This document shows positions 20,824 through 30,630 of a stretch of 30,630 nucleotides of DNA, in pieces (position 1 is the stretch's first letter; each line of letters starts with the position of its first letter). Made by a program: the position numbers and the translations under genes. Source of the DNA: Polysphondylium violaceum (taxonomy: Eukaryota); contig AJWJ01000272.1 in NCBI GenBank assembly GCA_000277445.1, positions 1-30,630 on the forward strand, given 5' to 3'. The notes under the pieces are model-generated. The model searched no databases. It worked only from the letters and a program-made list of their open reading frames with translations, and was not told the origin of the DNA.

Positions 20824-23138
20824 TTATTGACCACCAAATTTCTTTGTTTTGATTGCTTCTGGGAGGGAGGGAAGTACTTGTTCATTGTAGGAAAGATCAA
20901 CGACGACAATATCATTTTGAGATTGAGCAGCAAAGATTGTTTCCTCAAAGACAGCATCAGAGTTTACATAGCCAGTGACCTCCATTTTAGATACCTTGGA
21001 GAGAGAGTTTCTAGACCATAGCAAGAGTTCGTTTTGGTCATTTGGATTGTTTGTAATGAAATGAACTGGTTGATTAGTGCTATCGATACAGCTAACCATC
21101 TTGAGTTGTCTAACGTCAAAACCAGTCAATGAAAAACTAGAGTATGTGTAAAGGATTGGGAATTGTGGATGGAAAAATAACTTTGTTGGGATGCTATTGG
21201 AGTTTGGTAATTTATATGGTGTGGTGGTAGTTGGATTGGCAATATCGAATACAATCACTTGTTTCATAGAGTCAATTAATGCACAGTATTGTCCAAATGA
21301 ATCGATTTCAATTTGAATGGGTTTTGGGGCAGCATTACTATCATCATTTTCATTGTTGTTGGCGTTGGTTGATTTGGTGATGGTCACAGTTTGTTGTTGA
21401 ATATTGTAAATATAAACTTGATCACTATTAGATGCAAATACAATATTTAAAGAGTCTTTGGTGAATTTAGCAATACAGCTATTGTTTAATTGTTCTGGTA
21501 ATTGAATTTTTTTAATTGAAATTTGATTGGTTTCTGAATTTGTATCTATAGAGTAAAGGAATGAGTTTTGTCTATTTGAATATGTAAAATATTTTCCATC
21601 TGAGCTAATATCTACAGATTCAATAAATAATGGGCTCTATAAGAATAGTATATGCGATTAGTACATTGAAATATTGAATATGAAATAAATCAATTCATTC
21701 CTTACCTTTGATTCAAATTGTAAAAGTTTTTTAGTTTTTTTTGATAATGCAAGATAGGTTCCATTTGGTTGAATTTCATCAGATAAAGTGGTGCTATCAG
21801 GTTCACCAAGTGACCAAAGATGAATAGAAGTTTTACTAGATTCAATTAAAAGAATTGGATTTGTTTGAGTGACTGCAAAATTATTTTTTGGATATTGTGG
21901 ATGTTTGGCAAATGATGCACCTAAAAGATTTGAAAAAGTTTCACTTTGATAAAATATAATTTTAGTTGATACACCACCACTGACCAACATTGAACCAACC
22001 ATTGTCATACATCTGATATCATGTGAATCTCTTTTGTGTTGACCATTTGGAGCCCAACGTCCATTTACATATTGATAGGAAACAATATTTGCTTCATCAC
22101 CACCAACAAAAATTCTATCACCACTTTGTGTAGCTTGAATGGCTCTGATTGGTGCATGAAGATTTCTAAATTCTTGAACAACACTACCAAATTCAAAATC
22201 AATAATTGATAAAAATCCATTATTAAATCCGCATGCTACATGTTTATCACTATAATTTTTAAATATTAATATTTAGGATTATTTGTTATTATTATTGTTA
22301 TTAAAATACTATATTTACCTAATTACACCAATACTTGTAATATATTCTGTTGAAACATTTAAAATTGATCTCATACTTTCCAATTTAAAAACAACCAATT
22401 GATTTGAGGTACCGCATAAAATAGTTTTATGATCATTGGCCCAAGTGATAAATGTTGGGATTGAGTTTGAAATCTTTGGGAAAGATGATTGATATTGAAT
22501 TGTTTCACCATCATATGAATATAATTGAACACAATCATTTGTAAGGACTGATAAAAGATTCAAGGTTGAATTAAATGATGCTGCTTTAATATTACCAATT
22601 GTACCTAATTCTTTCTGTTTTAAAGAATTATTATTTTTATTATTAGTAAATGTCTTACCGATATATAATAGTGAATATGTGTATGAATATGATATTTACA
22701 ATAATAGTGAATGTATTTATATCCCAAAGTGTTAATTTATTCTCTGTTACTGAAAGTAAAACAGAGTTATCTTTTGAACTCTTTAACCAAGCTACATTTA
22801 AAATTGGAGAATCAAATTTAGATCCACCCAATGTCTATTTTTAATCATGTTGAGTTAGTATGATGAAACATGTGATCATATGATTCAAGCTACAACAAAG
22901 AGATATATACATTTAATAAAAAGAAATTCTTTTCCAATGACCAAATTTCAACAGTTGAATCATCACGACCTACAGCAACGTATCCTAAATCATCATTGTA
23001 TGACATAGCATTGATTGCGCTGGGTCTCCAACTAGAGAATGAACATTTATGTAATTTGGTTTGAGCTGGTGTAATTATTTGTGGTTGTTGATCAACAGCA
23101 TCTTTAGTTTTTGAGGATGATTGTTTTTTGCTAACCAT
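20824..23138 (-). CDS. WD40-repeat beta-propeller protein of about 671 aa (possibly UTP4/cirhin-like nucleolar protein). Exons 22911..23138, 22700..22834, 22319..22614, 21706..22249 and 20824..21636.
   Basis: Track ORFs 22890..23138, 22315..22563, 21658..22008 and 20824..21387 are collinear on the minus strand. They are linked by introns with donors GTATAT, GTAAAT, GTAAAT and GTAAGG and acceptors ...AATAG, AAAACAG, ATTATAG and CTTATAG, all phase-compatible. WD-like units include DSTVEIWSL, NKLTLWDIN, KTSIHLWSLGEP and NELLLWSRN. The identity call is a weak guess. Confidence 0.75.
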
Positions 23139-23220
23139 TTTGATTTGAATGTTTATATATATCTACACACACGCACAACCTTCAATATATCTAAATACTC
23201 GACAATGTAAATCTCTTTTG

Positions 23221-23247
23221 AAAAAAAAAAAAAAAAAAAAAAAAAAA
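23221..23247. repeat. Poly(dA) tract of about 27 nt in the 5' intergenic region of the WD40 gene (ATG at 23138) and the 3' region of the sugar transporter
   Basis: An uninterrupted A run followed by cgaaacgaaaaaa. Confidence 0.9.
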
Positions 23248-23357
23248 CGAAACGAAAAAATTTTTTAAAATTGTTTTTTTTTTATTTTTTTTCAGAATCA
23301 TAATTAGAGTCCCTATGTTGTAATGTACCCTCGGGTATTAGTTAATCAATTAATCAA

Positions 23358-24983
23358 TTATTGAGCCAAATTTGATGGAGGAAGTTTTCTTTTCCTTGGA
23401 ATTGGACTATCGATTCTTAGGTTTTCAGATATACTTGACATGGTATCATGAAAGTGGTCTTTTGAGAAAATGGAGGGACTTACATCTTGAAAAGTATCTG
23501 GATCAAGATCGGTGCCTGGCGAGAGAGGGGCTGTGAGATCACCATCCTTTTTGATTTGCTCGGGAGGGAGGAATGTTGCCAAAAGGAAAACGCAAACAAC
23601 ACCAATGCCACCAAAAATCCAAAACATTGTGGATTTACCAATGTATCTGACGGCTGAGAGGAAAACAAAGGTCAATATTAAATTGAATACCCATTGGAGA
23701 GCGACAATGATTGGAGTACTAATGTCTTTGACATCATCATCCATGATTTCACCAATGACAAACCAAAACAATGTTCCAATCGACATGGCAAATGCTGCTA
23801 CAAACGTAAAAAGCATGACAATGCAAAGCCAGCCCTGCACCTTTCCTCCCGTAAACACCACGAAAAATAAGGCCAACAACAAATCAGACACTGTCATGAC
23901 AATGGATCCACTGAATAGAAGGATTCTTCTGCCCACTTTATCTACAGTAAACATGGCAATCACTGTCCAGGACACATTCCAAAACTGTAAAATAGAAGCA
24001 CATGTACGAGGCCCATACAATCCATCAAATCCGGCAAACTCAAAGATAATACTCGAAAAATACATAAATGCATTAATACCAGTCAATTGAGAAAACACGG
24101 CCAAGACAACTCCCAAGAACATGGGCTTTCTATTTCTTGGCTCACGGAGGATTTGATACCTTGATTTCTTGGGGACAACCTCATGTGCTGTGCCATTTTC
24201 AATTCTTTGCTGCTCTAGTTCTTTTTCTCTCCTCTTTCTCTCTAAAAATACAGGTGACTCTTTCATGAGTAGCCAAATGGGAAGGAGAGCAAATCCAGGA
24301 GCTGCACCAGCAGCATACAACCATTGCCAATTGTGTGGTGCCTTCATTAAAAGCACACCCATTACATTTGATAATAACAAGCCAATAGTAACAAATAATT
24401 GAAAAACAGAACCAAACTTTCCCCTCTTTTCGATTGGTACAGCTTCTGCTACCATAAGAGGACAGACTGTGGATGAACAACCTACACCTAAACCTAAAAT
24501 AATTCTCAATGGCGCACTAATGGCCATATTTCTAATGGCAGCTGATGAAATAGCTCCTGCAATTGTACATAATCCTATTATATTTAATCTTTGTTAGTAT
24601 AGTTTTTGGTGGTATTACTCGAAATACACACCAGTTAATAAAACCATTGGTCTTCTACCAATTTTATCGGCCATAAAACCACCACCTACTGAACCAAAGG
24701 TTGCACCTAAAAGAGTACTACAGGCGATTAGACCTTGTTGCACAGTATTGAAGTGCCATATCTTATTCAATGCATCCAAAGCAGGACCAATAACACCTGT
24801 ATTGTAACCAAAAATTAAACCACCCATGGCACTAAGAGTGATAATCAATGCTCTACTACTTCCAATTCTATCCATAATGGGCCGATCATCTATTTCTGAA
24901 AAATCTGAACTTGTCTCCATATGATAATTGGAGTTTACATCTGCAAATACTATAGAATTGTCTGGATTATCTACATGTTTCAT
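23358..24983 (-). CDS. MFS sugar-porter family transporter. Exons 24632..24983 and 23358..24574.
   Basis: The N-terminus reads GGLIFGYNTGVIGPAL...GGGFMADKIGRRP, the sugar-porter TM1 and GRR motifs. Exon 2 reads LGLGVGCSSTVCPLMVAEAVP (the PMYxSE-like region) ...KESPVFL (the PESPR motif)...VDKVGRR with 12 predicted TMs. The junction ...LLTG|G LCTIAGAISSAAIRNMAISAPLRII restores normal TM2-TM3 spacing. The 57-nt intron has an unusual GTGTGT donor and an AATAG acceptor. Confidence 0.85.
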
Positions 24984-25586
24984 TTTATATTATTATTATT
25001 ATTATTTATAATTTATCAAATTTTGATAAACTATAAAGAATAAAAAATATAATATAGATTATAGATATATAGATAATAAGATAAATAAAGTGTATAAATA
25101 ATATGGAAAATAAGATTTTTTTCGATTACTACTACGTTATGAGAATGTGATTTTGATTTTGATTTTTATTTATTTATTATTTAATTTTATTATAATTAAT
25201 ACACCATATTCATTTCTTCATTCATTGATAGGATATAATACAAAAAATGATATAAAGGTGTGTGTGCGCGCAAGTAAAATCAAGATTGTAGTTTGTGTGT
25301 GCTAATCTACCACTATTGATCAATTTATCAAATTTTCAATTCAACTCTGTGGTAAATTTCATTCCATTTTTATCACCCCCTTTCCTCTATGCAGTAATAA
25401 ATCTCATCCGAATAGTCATCATTTTTTGCATTACAAAAACTGCGCGTGTGTTATAAGGGAGAGTGTGGGTGCGAGTGTGTGTGCATGTATTATTATTATT
25501 TGTTCGTTATATCTATATTATAAATGGTTGTAGTAATAGTAGGGCAGAGTAAACACCATATACACGTAATATGAATTGAATACAAG

Positions 25587-25970
25587 TTATTTTTCATCAG
25601 GATCCAAAGTAATATCAAGTTGTTTGTACATTTGAGATATTGTAACACCATCCAATTCTGCGTATCTTCCGATGAGGGTTTGACAAGATTCTTTGACTTG
25701 ATCGAGTGTCTCTGTTTTGTCTCTACATCGTTTACTCTGTTGTTGTTGTGATTTGATTTGTTCGTTATAGGGTTCAAGCTGAGTGATGAGTTGATTCTCT
25801 AGATCTGCTAGTTGCTTTAGTTCCTTTTTCAGTGATTCTATTTCACTCAATGGATCTGATCTCCAATGAATTTTATATGATTTGCCCGTTACACTATCTT
25901 GTCTATCTACAGAAATGTTATGATAGCTTTGTTTATCCAAATACAATGGTGTATCGTTATTACTATTCAT
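25587..25970 (-). CDS. Small coiled-coil protein (127 aa), hypothetical
   Basis: Clean ORF with ATG and AT-rich flanks. The central heptad-like segment is EIESLKKELKQLADLENQLITQLEPYNEQIKSQQQQ. The overlapping track ORF 25496..25777 in another frame is judged spurious. Confidence 0.5.
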   Translation of the reverse strand: MNSNNDTPLYLDKQSYHNISVDRQDSVTGKSYKIHWRSDPLSEIESLKKELKQLADLENQLITQLEPYNEQIKSQQQQSKRCRDKTETLDQVKESCQTLIGRYAELDGVTISQMYKQLDITLDPDEK

Positions 25971-26341
25971 TACTAATGTGTGTGTGAATCTAATGCAAAA
26001 AAAAGAATAAAATAAAAAAAAAAAAAAAGAGAAAAAATAAAGAAGAAAAAGCTTGAATTTAAAGAGATAAAATCTAATTTTTCTTGGTAAAGAGAATTCG
26101 AATTTTATTACAAATGATTTTTTTTGATTTATTTTTTGGAATTATTTTTTTTAAAAAATTTTATTTTTATTTCTAGACCTTCAAATTCATTTTTCTTTGT
26201 TACAAAATTCATTTTCAACAAAACTTTTGTTATATACATCACTTTTTCTATTACAATTTGTGTGTGATTTCTTTTTCCATATTTAATTCTATTCTCTCAA
26301 TTTATAATATTTTTTTTTTATTTCAATAATCAATAATAACA

Positions 26342-26760
26342 ATGTCCTCTGTCGGTGGTCGTGGTAAATCTGGTGGTAAAGTAGGTGGTAAAGTCGGTGC
26401 TAAAAGACACAGAAAAATCTTGAAAGAACACATTTTTGGTATCACCAAGCCAGCAATCAGAAGGTAAATATTATAATATTGACAGCTAGTAAAACAACTA
26501 TAATCTAACATTATCTCTTTTCTTACTCTACTACTATTTTAGATTGGCAAGAAGTTTGTACCTCTATTGATTATTATAAAGATTGGAGCCTTTACAAATT
26601 CTAACATATTTTTTTTTTTTTTTAATTTATAGGAGGTGGTGTTAAACGTATTTCTATGCCAATTTATGAAGAAACCCGTAATGTTTTGAGAACTTTCCTC
26701 AATAATGTTATTCGTGATTCAGTTGCCTACACTGAACATGCTAACCGAAGAACGTAAGTG

Positions 26761-26795
<35 letters not shown>

Positions 26796-26997
26796 CTCTT
26801 CAAACTCTTCTTTTTACAAATACTAACTTCAAGGGACCTCTTTATTAATTTTTAAATAGTGTCACCGCAATGGATATAGTTTATGCCTTGAAAAGACAGG
26901 GTGAGTATGACTATTTTTCTTGGAATTTTTTAATATTCATACTGACTTTTCATTTTTTACAATTATAGGTCGTACTTTATACGGTTTCAATTCTTAA
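26342..26997 (+). CDS. Divergent histone H4 variant (about 107 aa) with four introns. Exons 26342..26463, 26535..26545 (11-nt microexon), 26633..26753, 26860..26900 and 26969..26997.
   Basis: The spliced product is [41 protein letters not shown]|LAR|[41 protein letters not shown]|[14 protein letters not shown]|RTLYGFNS. It aligns along its full length with canonical H4 (...[87 protein letters not shown]). Donors are GTAAAT, GTTTGT, GTAAGT and GTGAGT; acceptors are TTTTAG, TTTATAG, AAATAG and TTATAG. Phases are 2/1/2/1 and mutually consistent. None of the exons appear in the ORF track because each is shorter than 60 aa. Confidence 0.8.
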
Positions 26998-27546
26998 GCG
27001 GTTTATTTTTGGATTCAATTCATAAAGTGTTTTCCCTGCAGAGCATTTTATGGATTCAATTCAAAAAATTTGAATTTTTTTGTTTATCATTCGTTATAAA
27101 CAAGGTGTTTTTTAACACCATCCAAATCGGACAAAGAGCTTATTAATTTCAATCTTCTACTAATTTTTTTTATTTTATCACTCTTTTTTTTCCCGAGCAT
27201 TAATATTCTATAACTCCTATTCATTTTGTATATACACTTCTGATGTTTTCAAATGTATAGTAATATGTAGATAAAAAAAACAATCAAATAGAAATGTCAA
27301 GTGTTATAATCAAATTATATATTTTTAAGAGTAGGAACATCTGATTTCTATTTGAGCTACACAATCACCCCAATCTAGATGATTTTCTTTTTTTTTTTTT
27401 GTTTTTTTATTAATTTTTTTGAGCTTTTTTTTTTTTTACAAATTTTTTTGAACATCAAGGATGGGTGTGGACAGGTCAGTTTACAAAATTTTTTTTATTG
27501 CTTCATCTCTTTTTTTTTATTTTTTGTTGTTTAACATTTTTAAATA

Positions 27547-30484
27547 ATGATAAATCAAAATAAGGAAATGAACTTTATTAGATTTAAAGTAAACTATTAT
27601 ACTAGACTTGGACAAGAGGTCTATATATCAGGTTCAAGCAGTGTACTTGGTGATTGGAAGGAATCTGAATCACAAAAACTCCGTTATGGTGACAATGGTG
27701 ATTGGGAGTTATTGTTAGAGTTTGACAATGAAAAGATTAAAAAAGAAAGCAATACTCTCACTGTCGATTATAAATACTTTGTTATGGATACCAATGGCGA
27801 CAAGATTTGGGAATCTGGTCCAAATAGATCTTTTTCTTTATCTGAATTATCTCCTTCTTTAGTTCATGAATTTAGAGACACTTATCAAGTATATATCGTT
27901 TAGTTAGTAGGAGGAGTAGGATAGACACAAATATATTAATATTAATGCTTTCTCTCATTATAGAGTCCAACATCACCAGAAAATACTTATTTTGATTCAG
28001 CTTTCTTTAGAGAAGTTTTATTAAAAAGAGAAACTGATACTATTAAAACTTATACTCCATTGAAATCAATTTCAAATGGTAAAGATCATAGTCTAGAGAT
28101 AGTATAGTTTATTGTAGAGTAGAGATTATTAACTTTTTTTTCTTTTAAAAATAATAATACAAATAGATAAAGTAGTTATTCATTTTCAAGTTAAATCAAC
28201 TTATGTTAATCCAGGACAAGCTATTTATATTGTAGGTAGTAATACAACTTTGGGTAATTGGAGAACAGATAGAGCTATTAGATTGTGTGATGATTCCTAT
28301 CCAATTTGGAAAGTTGATTTAGAGTTTCCAAAGGATCAATTACCATTTTCATACAAATATATAATTGCCGACAAGAGTAAATCAATTGTCCACTGGGAAC
28401 AAGGCAGTGACCGTTGGTTTACTGCCAGTGTCATCCATGCCTCTGAATACAGTCAAACCAAGAATGAAGAAAGAGATTTCTTTTTCAATGATGGTGAATT
28501 CAAAGACAACCAATTGCTCAGAACCGCCGGTGTTGCTGTTCCCGTGTTTTCTCTTCGTACTAAAAAGGGTTTGGGTATTGGTGAATTCAATGATCTCATT
28601 CAACTTGTAGATTGGGCTGTTGCTGCAGGTTTACATATGATTCAAATCTTACCAATCAACGATACCACCGTCTTTTACACTTGGAGAGATTCTTATCCAT
28701 ACAGCTCAGTATCTGTGTACGCCCTCCACCCCATCTACATCAACATTGACTCTCTCACCAAAGATGCCAAGATTTTGGAACAAGTTGCCAAACACCGTGA
28801 ACAATTAAACAAGTTGACTGTACTCGACTATGAGGCTGTGATCAACTTGAAAAACACTCTTTTAAAAGAGATTTACAATCAAGAAAAAGATAAACTCGAC
28901 GCCAACAAGGAGTATGTCGAGTATCTCAAAGACAATATCCACTGGTTGAGAGAGTATGCTCTTTACTCTGTTTTACGTGATACCTACAAGACTGCAGATT
29001 TCAATCAATGGCCAGCTGAACACAAGAGTCCAAGCCAAGAAATGATTGCCAAAGAGACTAGCGCAGACTCAAAATACTTTGATCAAGTTCGTTTCTACTA
29101 CTTTGTTCAATTCCACCTCCACAAACAATTGTTGGCCGCTTCCAAGTATGCCAGTGACAACAGAATTGGTCTCAAAGGTGATTTGCCAATCGGTGTCAAT
29201 AGACTCAGTGTCGATACCTGGGCCAATCCACATTTGTTCCGTATGAATATGTCTACTGGTGCACCACCCGATGCCTTTGCTGACGATGGTCAAAACTGGG
29301 GCTTCCCAACCTATGCCTGGGACGTAATGAAAAAGGACGACTATCAATGGTGGAGATCCAGACTCGGACAAATGTCAAAGTATTTCCACGCATTCCGTAT
29401 CGATCACATCTTGGGTTTCTTTAGAATTTGGGAAATCCCCACCACCTGTGTCACTGGTTTGTTGGGTAAATTCAATCCATCACTTCCATTGTGGAGATCT
29501 GAATTGTCAAACAATGGTATTTGGGACATGGACAGACTCACCCAACCATACATTCGTTATCACACACTAAGAGAACTCTTTGGCGAATATGCAGACTACA
29601 CCGCCACCAAATTCCTCAAAGAATACTCACCCAATTGTTTCCAATTAAAGCCCGAATTTGCCACTGAAAAGCTCATTGAAGCCAATCTCACCGAACAAGA
29701 TTCCATGTACAAACCAGGTCTCTACAAATTGGTTCAAAATGTTTCCCTCTGTAAAGATGTCGAGGATGAAAACAGATTCTATCCAAGAATTGAAATCACA
29801 AAGACCTCTTCTTTCAACGAACTTCCAGACGACCTCAAATCAATTCTTCACAGACTCTACATTTCCTACTATTTTGAAAGACAAGAGGAACTTTGGGCTC
29901 AAACTGCTCTCCAACGTCTTCCATTGATCAAGAAATGCACCAAAATGTTGGTCTGTGGTGAAGATTTGGGTATGGTTCCCAAATGCGTAGAACCAGTGCT
30001 CAAGGATCTCGGTATTCTTGGTCTTAGAATTCAAAGAATGCCATCTGATAGCAACAAGGATTTCTACCATCCAGGCGAATACCAATATCTCACTGTAAAC
30101 ACCACCTCTTCTCATGATATGAGTACCCTCAGAGGCTGGTGGGAAGAAGACAGAAATCGTGCTCAGACCTTTTTCAATAGAATCTTGGGTATCTGTGGTG
30201 ATGCACCTTATTTCTGTGAACCATACATCACCGAAGCCGTACTCACTCAACATCTCTACTCTCCTAGTATGATTTCTATTTTCCCACTTCAAGATTGGTT
30301 TGGTCTCTCTCCAGAACTCGGTTCAAGAGATCCTAAAGAAGAGAAAATTAATGAACCCTCAAATCCAATGCATTATTGGAGATATAGAGTACACGTCACT
30401 TTGGAAGATCTTTTGGAAAATAATCAAGATTTCACTAAAAATGTACACAGATTAATTAAAGCTTCAAATAGATTACTTGAATAA
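27547..30484 (+). CDS. 4-alpha-glucanotransferase (disproportionating enzyme, GH77, DPE2-type) with two N-terminal CBM20 starch-binding domains. Exons 27547..27888, 27964..28078 and 28167..30484.
   Basis: Exon 1 is CBM20 copy 1 (MNFIRFKVNYYTRLGQEVYISGSSSVLGDWKES...DKIWESGPNRSF). Its donor is CAA|GTATAT and the acceptor is CATTATAG. Exon 2 is a linker (SPTSPENTYF...KSISN), ending in phase 1 at donor G|GTAAAG. Exon 3 begins at KVVIHFQVKSTYVNPGQAIYIVGSNTTLGNWRTDRAIRL (CBM20 copy 2) and runs continuously into the GH77 catalytic region (PVFSLRT..GIGEF.DL, LPINDT, GDLPIGV, NWGFP, FRIDH, GEDLGMVP, SHD). Confidence 0.88.
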
Positions 30485-30561
30485 AATTATTATTATTATT
30501 ATAATATATAGTAAATATGGGAAAATGTTGTTTTTATTAAAAACTTCAAAAATCTTTCTAA

Positions 30562-30630
30562 CACCAATTTCTACGTCTATTGTTATCAATGTCAATGTCA
30601 ATATCAATATCGATGTCAATGTCGATATCA
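30562..30630. repeat. Tandem hexamer microsatellite (ATGTCA/ATATCA/ATGTCG)n reaching the window end. On the minus strand it can be read as (DI)n-NNRRRNWC-stop, a possible 3' end of a convergent gene.
   Basis: The plus strand reads caatgtcaatgtcaatatcaatatcgatgtcaatgtcgatatca. The minus-strand frame reads GAT ATC GAC ATT ... and ends at a TAG whose complement lies at about 30559-30561. A second open frame also exists, so coding status is unresolved. Confidence 0.5.

Noticed and set aside
22650-22844. Plus-strand ORF of 64 aa
   Set aside because: It overlaps an intron and exon B of the minus-strand WD40 gene and has hydrophobic low-complexity content.
23480-24480. ORFs 23480..23668 -, 23512..24090 +, 24169..24402 + and 24199..24480 - inside the sugar transporter
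   Set aside because: They are alternative-frame or antisense ORFs. Only the transporter frame gives TM helices and conserved MFS motifs.
25496-25777. Minus-strand ORF of 93 aa overlapping the coiled-coil gene in another frame
   Set aside because: It has N-rich, hydrophobic junk composition and no start context. The 25587..25970 frame is the more protein-like one.
27461-27546. Possible extra 5' exon (atgggtgtggacag|gtcagt) upstream of the DPE2-like ATG
   Set aside because: It has a weak donor (GTCAGT) and no phase-compatible acceptor leading into 27547. The ATG at 27547 already has a good context and begins the CBM20 domain.
28365-30292. Six short ORFs on both strands within the glucanotransferase CDS
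   Set aside because: They are shadow ORFs of a long conserved GH77 coding region.
1-30630. Search for tRNA/rRNA genes, CRISPR arrays, IS/transposon ends and prokaryotic operon-style systems
   Set aside because: I found no T-loop (GTTCGAATC) or cloverleaf candidates, no direct-repeat/spacer arrays and no terminal inverted repeats with transposase-like ORFs. The sequence is eukaryotic (spliceosomal introns, A-rich Kozak contexts, histone H4, eIF3e), so these feature classes do not apply.

Overview
The window is AT-rich eukaryotic nuclear DNA with the hallmarks of a dictyostelid social amoeba such as Dictyostelium. Intergenic regions are about 80% AT, with long poly(dA)/poly(dT) tracts and N/Q/T-rich low-complexity coding. 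Introns are short, begin GTATGT, GTAAGT or GTAAAT and end (T)AG, and start codons sit in A-rich contexts. It is not prokaryotic, so no operons, CRISPR arrays or mobile elements are expected and none were found. I could not identify any tRNA, rRNA or small-RNA gene.

I support about 13 protein-coding genes, most with 1-4 small introns that I reconstructed by hand from the six-frame track plus splice signals and phase:
- A partial GYPPQQ-repeat protein N-terminus on the minus strand (1-118).
- A 2362-aa TEP1 ortholog with an RGG box, TROVE, DUF4062, NACHT and WD40 domains (2 exons).
- A DUF4286-like small protein.
- A DEAD-box RNA helicase (3 exons; one intron splits the DEAD motif between E and A).
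- A Ras-family GTPase, probably rasB (2 exons).
- An intronless, highly codon-biased LEA-like amphipathic-repeat protein with a C-terminal glycine-zipper hydrophobic hairpin.
- A small S/N-rich ORF.
- An acidic protein carrying four copies of a DLMTVEEFI-like motif.
- eIF3 subunit e (4 exons).
- A WD40 beta-propeller protein, possibly UTP4/cirhin-like (5 exons).
- A sugar-porter MFS transporter (2 exons).
- A small coiled-coil protein.
- A divergent, intron-rich histone H4 variant (5 exons including an 11-nt microexon).
- A DPE2-type 4-alpha-glucanotransferase with two N-terminal CBM20 starch-binding modules (3 exons).

Recurrent GT/CA-rich (GTGTGTGAGTGTG-like) elements sit in several 5' intergenic regions. 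A (DI)n-coding hexamer repeat closes the window.

In places my reading of homopolymer lengths disagreed by 1 nt with the frames in the supplied ORF track. I treated the track as authoritative, so splice coordinates should be read as +/-1-2 nt.
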